DNA of 64,000 nt. Source: Candidatus Omnitrophota bacterium (GTDB lineage Bacteria > Omnitrophota > Gorgyraeia > JAHIPI01). Under the pieces are notes generated by a model. The model did not search any database. It was not told the origin of the DNA and saw only the letters and a list, made by a program, of their open reading frames with translations. Made by a program: the position numbers and the translations under genes. How positions within the stretch are numbered: the stretch's first letter is position 1; each line of letters opens with the position of its first letter. The stretch is from the NCBI GenBank assembly GCA_016783745.1, contig JADHVZ010000005.1, forward strand, positions 1,178 through 65,177. Direction: 5' to 3'. Positions 56,334 through 64,000 of the stretch are shown one piece after another.

Positions 56334-59300
56334 GTTCTCCTGATACGTGTAAAACGTCCCTTTGTTTTGTTTTTAATAAGCCTTGTGTCGCATTTTATTA
56401 TTTGAAATACCCGCAGCGTATCACGAAGCAGCGTCCCTTGACCAAACGACCTGCTTATATCCTCAAAGATTATATATATACTGGGCACTAAAATCAAGGT
56501 CAAAATCGTTGAAAATGAAAGACCGCCTATGACAGTGATCGCCAGCGGCGCCCACAGGCTTGATGCTTCGGAACGGTCAAGCGCCATAGGTATAAGCGCG
56601 AGGATAGTAGTGCTTGTCGTAAGCATGATCGGCCTCAGCCTATCCTTACCCCCGCGCAAAACCGCTTTTAACAGTTGGCAATTTTCTTTTCTAAGGCGGT
56701 TGATCTTATCCACCAGCATAATGGCGTTATTTACCACAATGCCGGCCAGCATTATAGCTCCGATGATGACCCCTATTCCTATCGATTTCTTCGTCAGCCA
56801 CAGGGTAAAAGCCGCCCCGACTAACGCAAGCGGAATGGATATCATAATGATAAAAGGCTGGTAATATGACTCAAATAAAGAAGCCAGGATCATATAAACA
56901 AGTATTACGGCCAGTAATAACGCGAAGGCCAGCTGCCGCTGATTTTGAAGCTGCTTTTCATAATCACCGCCGAATTCCCAGTAATAATCGCGGGGCAATT
57001 TCAAATCCTTGAGGGCGTCCTTGATCCTTCTCACCGCCTGTGACAGAGATAATCTGGTAGACGTCCCGCTTAACTCGATGAATCTATTCTTATTTTTCCG
57101 ATGGATCTCGCTCGGCCCGATAGCCGGCTTAAAATCGGCGACTTGCTTAAGGTAGATATTGTCCCCTTCCGGCGTGGTTATTAAAAGATTTTTTATATCA
57201 TCAAAATCCTTTCTATGCTCTTCTTTGAGCCGGGCTACAGTTTCCACTTCTTTAGACTCTGTGTGAAATAACATAGCCCTGAGCCCTCGCATTTCCGCAT
57301 GCGCTATATCGGCAATATCCCTCATCGCGATCCCGTAGTATGCCGCCTTTTCCTTATTAACGATAACCCTGTATTCCGGCCTTCCGGGCTCTATTGAACG
57401 CTTCAGGTCCACCATACCAGGCACCGCTGCCATGCCGTCCCCCAGCTGGGCGACAAATTCATTCAGTTTTTCATAATCATGGCCGTACACATCAAGCGAG
57501 ACTTCCGGCATGCCCGGAGCCTGAACTTCCGAAAAATAAATAAATCCCCCTTTATATTTTTTCTCGATCGTTTTCAATTTAGGCCTCAACCACTCTATCA
57601 CACTTTCTGTCGTCTCCCGCCTTTTGTCAAAAGGCACCAGACTTACATAAACTGTCGAAGACCATCCTTCGACCCTTGATGAAAAATTCTCGATCGCCGG
57701 ATGACGGATAAGGAGCTCTTCTATCTCCTTTACCATAGTATCTGATTTTTCAAGCTTGGCCCCTGCTTCCAGCCTCGCGTGAATGGTGAATTTGCCCTGT
57801 TCGGTCTGGCCTAAAAATTCTCTATCAAGGCCCCTGAATACAAAAAGAGCAAGAAAAAATACCGCGAAAGCCAGCACTACAGAAAGATATCTCATCCTTA
57901 ACACATAAGACAGGCACATCTGATATTTATTTCTTATCCATGAAAGATCAAGGCCCAGCCTGGACATATTTAAAAGGTAAGCGGAAAGGCAGGGAATCAA
58001 AGTCAATGCTACGATCAAAGACGCTAAAAGCGAAAATGTGACAGTCATGCCCAGGCTGCCGTATAACTTTTTTATGTCATCTGAAACAAATATTATAGGC
58101 AGGAAAACCACAATGGTAGTGATCGTAGACGCCGATATGGCCAAGAAAACTTCCTTCGTGCCTGTAATAGCCGCCTCATGCGCGGATATTTTCTTTTCTC
58201 TTTTGGAAAAAATATTTTCCAGGACGACTATGGAATTATCCACCAGCATGCCTATGCCTAGCGCCAGCCCGCTCAGCGTCATGACATTTATAGACATCTG
58301 GCTTTGTGGAAAAAAAGAATTTCTAAAATACATCAAAGTAAACGTGGCTACGACCGAAGTCGGTATGGAAGTGAATATGATAAAAGTGGACCTGTAATTT
58401 CTTAAGAAAAAGAAAAGTATAAAGGCGGCTAATATCGCCCCGAATAGTAAAGATCTCTTCACCGTATCTATGGCATTAACGATAAAGCTGGCCTGATCGC
58501 TTACAATATCGATATTGATATCCTCTTCCGAGACAAGGCCTAATTCCGCCAGTTTTTCTTTTATGGGGCCTTCTATCTGTTTTTTTACTGCGTTAACGAC
58601 TTTCACGGTGTTAGCTTCGGCCTCTTTATGGATATAAAGAGAGACGATATCCGTGGGGATCGCCACCGGCGGAGCCCCGAGGCGGGCATAATTTTCCGGA
58701 TCCAGAAATGAATCTTCTATACTCGCGATATCCTTGAGCTTTACAAGTGAACTCGACGGTGTAGTGGCAACGACAATATTTTCGATCTCTTCGATGGTCT
58801 CGAATTCACCCATAGTCCGCAACAAATATTTATCGCGCTTGCCTTCAACCTTACCGGCCAGGAGATTCAGATTATTCATCCCCAATTTATCTATTACCTT
58901 AAGGATCGGCAAGCTATGCGCGTTGAGTTTATCCTGATCAAATTCAACAAGTATCTTTCTCTCTCTTCCGCCGTACGCCTCTACATTGGCTACACCATCC
59001 ACCCTCATGAGATATTCCTTGATATCCTCGTTGATCACCGTCCTTAGATACTCGGTGGTATATTTCTTGCTGGTCACGGCTGATATCATCACGTAAATAT
59101 CTGTTTCCTCGTATCTTGCTATAACCGGCCTTTCGATCTCTCTGGGAAGGTCATTTTTTATCCTCGCGAATTTCTCCCTGACCTCAAGCGCCGCGAAATC
59201 CATGTCAGTCTCAGACTCAAATTTGATGACGACCTGTGACTCGCCCTTCTCGGATTTCGAAAATATCTCTTCTACGCCGTTCACCATAGATACGGCGTCT

Positions 59301-59506
59301 TCTATGGGTTTTGTGACCATTTCTTCGACTTCAGTGGGAGGCATCCCGCCTCTGACACGTGTGATTATAGTTATCTTCTTGTATCCGACATTAGGCATGA
59401 GTTCGACGGGAAGTTTGGTAAGGGATATTATGCCGATGAGCATGACGGCGGCAAATATCATCAATATCGTGATCGGACGCTTTACTGCTGTTCTGGATAT
59501 ATCCAT
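56330..59506 (-). CDS. RND efflux permease (AcrB/AcrD/AcrF family)
   Basis: GMLVDNSIVVLENI, GIVVNNAI, RLRPIMLT. Confidence 0.95.
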   Translation of the reverse strand: MDISRTAVKRPITILMIFAAVMLIGIISLTKLPVELMPNVGYKKITIITRVRGGMPPTEVEEMVTKPIEDAVSMVNGVEEIFSKSEKGESQVVIKFESETDMDFAALEVREKFARIKNDLPREIERPVIARYEETDIYVMISAVTSKKYTTEYLRTVINEDIKEYLMRVDGVANVEAYGGRERKILVEFDQDKLNAHSLPILKVIDKLGMNNLNLLAGKVEGKRDKYLLRTMGEFETIEEIENIVVATTPSSSLVKLKDIASIEDSFLDPENYARLGAPPVAIPTDIVSLYIHKEAEANTVKVVNAVKKQIEGPIKEKLAELGLVSEEDINIDIVSDQASFIVNAIDTVKRSLLFGAILAAFILFFFLRNYRSTFIIFTSIPTSVVATFTLMYFRNSFFPQSQMSINVMTLSGLALGIGMLVDNSIVVLENIFSKREKKISAHEAAITGTKEVFLAISASTITTIVVFLPIIFVSDDIKKLYGSLGMTVTFSLLASLIVALTLIPCLSAYLLNMSRLGLDLSWIRNKYQMCLSYVLRMRYLSVVLAFAVFFLALFVFRGLDREFLGQTEQGKFTIHARLEAGAKLEKSDTMVKEIEELLIRHPAIENFSSRVEGWSSTVYVSLVPFDKRRETTESVIEWLRPKLKTIEKKYKGGFIYFSEVQAPGMPEVSLDVYGHDYEKLNEFVAQLGDGMAAVPGMVDLKRSIEPGRPEYRVIVNKEKAAYYGIAMRDIADIAHAEMRGLRAMLFHTESKEVETVARLKEEHRKDFDDIKNLLITTPEGDNIYLKQVADFKPAIGPSEIHRKNKNRFIELSGTSTRLSLSQAVRRIKDALKDLKLPRDYYWEFGGDYEKQLQNQRQLAFALLLAVILVYMILASLFESYYQPFIIMISIPLALVGAAFTLWLTKKSIGIGVIIGAIMLAGIVVNNAIMLVDKINRLRKENCQLLKAVLRGGKDRLRPIMLTTSTTILALIPMALDRSEASSLWAPLAITVIGGLSFSTILTLILVPSIYIIFEDISRSFGQGTLLRDTLRVFQIIKCDTRLIKNKTKGRFTRIRRT

Positions 59507-59509
59507 TTA

Positions 59510-62500
59510 TTAACTTTTACGTCTCGCGAGAATATCCGCTGCTATTAGATATACCGATGGTATGACGACAAGCGTTAAAAATGTCGAAACCAGGAGCCCG
59601 CCCATTACGGTTATGGCAAGCGGCGATATAAGCTCTCCGCCTTCACCGAGCCCTAACGCCAAAGGCAAAAGGCCTAAGACGGTGGTAAGCGTGGTCATTA
59701 AAATAGGCCTGAGCCTGGTGGCCGCCGCTTCCACTACCGCGTCATATACACCCCTCCCGGAATTTAAAAGGGTGTTTATATAGTCTACCAGGACTATCGC
59801 GTTATTCACGACTATTCCGCCAAGAACTATGACACCAAGGATGGCGACGACACTAAGCGTAGTTTTAGTAATAAATAAAGCCAGGGCAACTCCCACTATC
59901 GACAGCGGCACCGTGAACATTATGACAAAGGGCTGCCATAATGATTCGAATTGAGCGGCCATGATCATATAGACGACAAGGATTGCCATGATAAGAGCGA
60001 ATCGCAGGCTGTTAAACGATTGGCTCATCTGTTCACGTTCACCTGTCAGTTTAGGCTTTGGATATCCCGAAGGGACCTCCAGTCTATCTAAAAAATTCGA
60101 TACATCTTTTATGACTTCGATTATTTTTCGGTCGAAAATATTCGCATACACCAATATGGTCCTTGCTTTATCGATCCTTTTTATTTCACTCGGGCCCCTC
60201 CCGGGCTTAAATTCAGCGACTTCTCCTAAAGGAACTTTTATATTGTTAGGCGAGATGATCCTCATTTGTTTTATAATAGAAAGGTCCTTTCTGTCCTCTT
60301 CCCTCATCCTCACTCTTATGTCGATCTCCCTTCCTTCCTCCTTAAAAGTCGTCGCGATCCAGCCGTCTATGGCGATCTGGGCAGTTTGGGCTATGTCCCT
60401 GACCGAAAGATTATAAAGAGCGGCCTTATTCTTGTTCACAATTACTTTTGTTTCCGGAGCGGGTTCCTCTGAGCTGCTTTTCACGTCATAGATCCCTTCT
60501 ATCGAGCTGATACCGGAAATTATATCATCGGATATAGCTGTAAGCTCTTCCAGGTCCGCACCGCTGACTTCGATGACAATAGGGGATCCTTCTTCGCGAA
60601 AGGCGGACTGGATGACATTTTGAGAAAGGATAAACTTTATCTCGCCTGCCTCTAAATTAATGGAATCTATTCTATCCTTCAGGTTCTGCACAAAGACATC
60701 CGTACCGATCCCTCTCTTCTCCTTAAGAGTTACGACTATCTGCGCCTGGTTGTCTTTAAGCATTTCGACGCTGCCGGATGCCGAGGCTTCTTCTCTATTA
60801 GACCCTACTGTGGCAGTGACATTATTGACAAAATCCATGCCCATGATCTCCGCCTCAATACGTTTAGAAACTTCATTGGTAACGTCCAATTTTGTGCCTG
60901 CCGGCATATCAAGCTTTGTTATAAACTGCCCTTCATCTACCTTCGGCATAAATTCTTTTCCTATATGCTGAAAGAGGAAGAGGCTTGATATAAATAGGAT
61001 GAATATCATCAACAGGCAAGGCCTTCTATGGGCAAGAAAACTTCTTAATATTTTGGAATATACGCTTGCCATTTTATCGATCCAGTCACCGGAGGTTTTT
61101 TGCGGCGGAACCTTCATCTCCTTGCCCATGATAGCAAGCCTGGGTATAAGCGAAAGAGCCACAAAAAGTGACGCTAAAACAGAGAAGGTGATCGTAAAAG
61201 CCAGATCCTTGAATATCTGTCCTGCTATTCCTATGACAAACGCCAGCGGCAAAAACACAGCTATAGTAGTCAATGTACTTGCGGTTATCGCGGCATTTAC
61301 TTCCTCCGTCCCTGTAGTAGCCGCGTCTTTGGTGGATCTACCCGCAGCGCGGTGCCTGAATATATTTTCAATAACGACTATCGCGTTATCCACAAGCATG
61401 CCTATTCCCAGCGCTAACCCGCCGAATGAAATAATATTTACCGATATACCGGAAAAATACATGAGGCTGAATGCGGCCATAACCGACACCGGTATAGCAA
61501 AAGCGACGATAGCTGAATTTTTGAAATTTCTTAAGAACAAAAGAAGTATCAATACCGCCAGCATGCCCCCCTGAAGCGCGGCGCCCGCGACTCCGCTGAT
61601 GGCGTCTCTTATAAACTTCGATTGATCGTAATCTATATTTACGCTGACTCTCTCGGGCAGGATATTCTTTACTTTTTCCAGTTCCCTGGCAACCTTCTGA
61701 GCGGTCCTTATAACATTGGCATCTGCCTGCTTCTGAATAGAGACCAAGACATTCTCACGCCCATTATAGCGGGCATAGCTGGTCCTCTCCTTAAAACCGT
61801 CCTTAACCGTCGCAACATCACTTAATCTAACAAAGCGTCTTTTCTTGATCATTTGCTCATCTTCACTTTTACTTCCGTATTGGGCTTCCTCGGATTCGAT
61901 AAGCGCGATAACCGTATCTTCAATATCCGAGATAGCCTCAAACTCTCCCATAGTCCTGATAAGCCACTCAAAAAATTCCTCTTTGGTGGTACCGGCCGGA
62001 TAATTCAGGTTTGAATCGCGTAAAGAATCTACGATCGCGAGCAGATCTATGTCCGAATTCTGAAGCACTCCGCCGTTGACGTCTACATGGATCTCCCTTT
62101 CTATGCCTCCTGAAATAGAACATGACGCAACGCCTTCCACCTTCTCCAGCCTGCCCTTTACATATCTTGTGGATATCTCAAATAATTCGTTGAGCGACCT
62201 GTCGCCGCTGACATTTAGCGTCATGATAGGGGTGGCAAAAGGATTAAATTTCATTACAATCGGCTCTTCCGCGTCTCTAGGTAATCTCTCCTTGACAATG
62301 TCGATCTTCTCCCTCATCCCAAGCGCCGCGAAATTCATATCAGTCCCCCAGCTGAACTCGACTATTACGATAGAGGTGCCTTCGCGGGATGTAGAGATAA
62401 CGCGCCTGGCGTTTTTTACCGTACCGACAGCCTCTTCCATCAATTTAGTGATGAGACTTTCGACTTCTTCAGGCGCGGTATTTGTATAATTAGTGACTAC

Positions 62501-62638
62501 GGTAAGCTGAGGGTAGGTTACCTCCGGAAAAAGCTCTTGCGGAAGGCGGGTCAATGATATGATCCCAAGAAGGATCACACCTAAGAATATCATTGTTACT
62601 GTTACCGGCTTTTTTACTGAAAAGGATGGCAGGCTCAT
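59510..62638 (-). CDS. RND efflux permease (AcrB/AcrD/AcrF family)
   Basis: GMLVDNAIVVIENI, RLRPILMTT. Confidence 0.95.
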   Translation of the reverse strand: MSLPSFSVKKPVTVTMIFLGVILLGIISLTRLPQELFPEVTYPQLTVVTNYTNTAPEEVESLITKLMEEAVGTVKNARRVISTSREGTSIVIVEFSWGTDMNFAALGMREKIDIVKERLPRDAEEPIVMKFNPFATPIMTLNVSGDRSLNELFEISTRYVKGRLEKVEGVASCSISGGIEREIHVDVNGGVLQNSDIDLLAIVDSLRDSNLNYPAGTTKEEFFEWLIRTMGEFEAISDIEDTVIALIESEEAQYGSKSEDEQMIKKRRFVRLSDVATVKDGFKERTSYARYNGRENVLVSIQKQADANVIRTAQKVARELEKVKNILPERVSVNIDYDQSKFIRDAISGVAGAALQGGMLAVLILLLFLRNFKNSAIVAFAIPVSVMAAFSLMYFSGISVNIISFGGLALGIGMLVDNAIVVIENIFRHRAAGRSTKDAATTGTEEVNAAITASTLTTIAVFLPLAFVIGIAGQIFKDLAFTITFSVLASLFVALSLIPRLAIMGKEMKVPPQKTSGDWIDKMASVYSKILRSFLAHRRPCLLMIFILFISSLFLFQHIGKEFMPKVDEGQFITKLDMPAGTKLDVTNEVSKRIEAEIMGMDFVNNVTATVGSNREEASASGSVEMLKDNQAQIVVTLKEKRGIGTDVFVQNLKDRIDSINLEAGEIKFILSQNVIQSAFREEGSPIVIEVSGADLEELTAISDDIISGISSIEGIYDVKSSSEEPAPETKVIVNKNKAALYNLSVRDIAQTAQIAIDGWIATTFKEEGREIDIRVRMREEDRKDLSIIKQMRIISPNNIKVPLGEVAEFKPGRGPSEIKRIDKARTILVYANIFDRKIIEVIKDVSNFLDRLEVPSGYPKPKLTGEREQMSQSFNSLRFALIMAILVVYMIMAAQFESLWQPFVIMFTVPLSIVGVALALFITKTTLSVVAILGVIVLGGIVVNNAIVLVDYINTLLNSGRGVYDAVVEAAATRLRPILMTTLTTVLGLLPLALGLGEGGELISPLAITVMGGLLVSTFLTLVVIPSVYLIAADILARRKS

Positions 62639-62710
62639 TATTTAACCTTTGGTAAATACAAAAATAGCGTATAGGGGTCGGTATTTTCCTATGCGCTAAA
62701 CTCAAAAATC

Positions 62711-63832
62711 CTATTCCTCTATTATCTCGATCCTGACACCGTCTTTGATCGTTTCCTTTGCCCTTGGTGATTCTAGAACGATCTCCTGGCCTTCTTTAAG
62801 GCCCTCGAGTATCAGCGCAAGGTCTTCCGATGCCCTTTCCACTTTAACCGGAATGGTCCTGGCTGTGATATTTCCGGGATCCTGTCCGCTTATCCCCTGC
62901 CTTATCACGCCGAATACAACATAACCGTCTTCTGTCTTTTTCAGGGTCTTTCGCGGAACGACCAGGGCATTCTTTTTTTTGAAAGTGGTGATCTCTGATC
63001 TAGCGAACATTCCCGGTTTTATCACGCTCTTATCGTTCGGGATCAGTATACGTACTGTCTGGGTGCGGCTTCTTCCCTCTATCATAGGCGAAACCGAATC
63101 TACGGCTCCAACGAAAACCGCATCAGGAAACCTATCCAGAGTGATCTTTACGGCCTGGCCCACCTTGACCTTGCCTATATCTTTCTCTATTATGCCTACT
63201 TCGCAAAAAACATTAGTAATATCCAGAAAAGTCGCCACGACATCATTAGGCTCTACAAGTTCGCCTTCGTTCACTTTACGGGTTCCCATGATGCCATCGG
63301 ACGGGGCGTGAAAACTCCTCTTTTTAATATCAAGCTCCGTCGATGTCACCTCAAGTTCCCGCTGCCTGAGCGCGTCTTTGGTAATAGCCCCGAGATCGTA
63401 GAGCTTTTTATGTTTGATGTATTCGATTTCCGCGTATTCAAATCTCAGATTTTCCTCATTTTGATCCTGGGAGACTACTATCTCGCCGCTCTCTATTTCA
63501 TCACCCTCTTTAAAATAAAACCCTGCGATCATGCCGCTTTCCTTAAATTTTATAGGTATTTCCCCGAAGCCCTTTATTATCCCAAAAGAGGTGATAATGT
63601 CTTCATAGTCAGCTCTTGTTACGGTTGTGACCCTGACCGGAATAACCTCTTCAGATCTTCCTTTCGTGACCGCGCCTAAGATCCCTTCCGGCGCTTTACT
63701 TTTAAACAGTCTCTCTTTCAGGGCCTCCAATGACACACTATCTGTCATCATCGCCTTTCCCCGCATAATAAGAAGAGAACCCGCTAAAATAAGTATAAAG
63801 ATGATCGCTTTTTGTCTTTTTGGAATAGTCAT
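62711..63832 (-). CDS. RND periplasmic adaptor (membrane fusion protein)
   Basis: N-terminal TM, APSDGI, KPGMFA, VVP...GLKEGQEIV. Confidence 0.9.
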   Translation of the reverse strand: MTIPKRQKAIIFILILAGSLLIMRGKAMMTDSVSLEALKERLFKSKAPEGILGAVTKGRSEEVIPVRVTTVTRADYEDIITSFGIIKGFGEIPIKFKESGMIAGFYFKEGDEIESGEIVVSQDQNEENLRFEYAEIEYIKHKKLYDLGAITKDALRQRELEVTSTELDIKKRSFHAPSDGIMGTRKVNEGELVEPNDVVATFLDITNVFCEVGIIEKDIGKVKVGQAVKITLDRFPDAVFVGAVDSVSPMIEGRSRTQTVRILIPNDKSVIKPGMFARSEITTFKKKNALVVPRKTLKKTEDGYVVFGVIRQGISGQDPGNITARTIPVKVERASEDLALILEGLKEGQEIVLESPRAKETIKDGVRIEIIEE

Positions 63833-63835
63833 TTT

Positions 63836-64000
63836 TTAAAAATAGTCCTCCAGGCCTATAGCTCTGTTTAATGCCGCTATAGATATGCTTAATTCCATTT
63901 CGGCTTCCAGATAAACTTTTATTGCTTCGGCGATTCCGAGCATACTATCAAACACTTCGGAAAGTTCGGCATCTCCTGCGCTATGCTTGGCCTCTATTAT
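63836..64000 (-). CDS. C-terminus of a TolC-like outer membrane factor (partial)
   Basis: Manual translation IIEAKHSAGDAELSEVFDSMLGIAEAIKVYLEAEMELSISIAALNRAIGLEDYF*; located upstream of MFP-RND-RND. Confidence 0.65.
   Translation of the reverse strand: MIEAKHSAGDAELSEVFDSMLGIAEAIKVYLEAEMELSISIAALNRAIGLEDYF

Noticed and set aside
4138-63839. Numerous 60-200 aa plus-strand ORFs and short nested minus-strand ORFs
   Set aside because: They are shadows of well-supported minus-strand genes and show no recognisable motifs.

Overview
64-kb bacterial window in which every credible gene lies on the minus strand. Gene content suggests an anaerobic diderm, possibly Ca. Omnitrophota or another PVC-like lineage (inference only). 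(1) About 1-3253 is the right end of a putative tRNA-integrated island. It holds an operon for a secreted tail-fibre-like protein and an FGE/SUMF1-like protein, a frameshifted DUF6036-like nucleotidyltransferase with a partner gene, and a tRNA 3'-end remnant (att-like). (2) An envelope-glycosylation cluster follows: three ArnT-like GT-C enzymes, a GT2, a LAB_N protein, a GH3 amido synthetase, an alpha/beta hydrolase and two GT-C-TPR proteins. (3) purQ, purL, guaA, an AEC transporter, a GH161-like phosphorylase with a secreted clan-A glycoside hydrolase, and pabB/pabC. (4) A Rex-led operon for a group 4 membrane-bound [NiFe]-hydrogenase with an Mrp-like module and an AsrA/AsrB (HydB/HydG)-like NAD(P)-linked module, bracketed by 66-bp direct repeats, with hyp genes beyond. 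(5) pdaD, speB, a MesB-like methionine synthase, htpX, GH94 and a two-RND efflux system. The most striking signal is at 1241-1514: a promoter and a leader ORF carrying (GCAA)15. The leader reads through an intrinsic terminator in only one of three frames, because both other frames stop just after the repeat. This is a predicted slipped-strand phase-variation switch acting by transcription attenuation on the fibre-protein operon. All family assignments come from motif recognition; no database searches were run.
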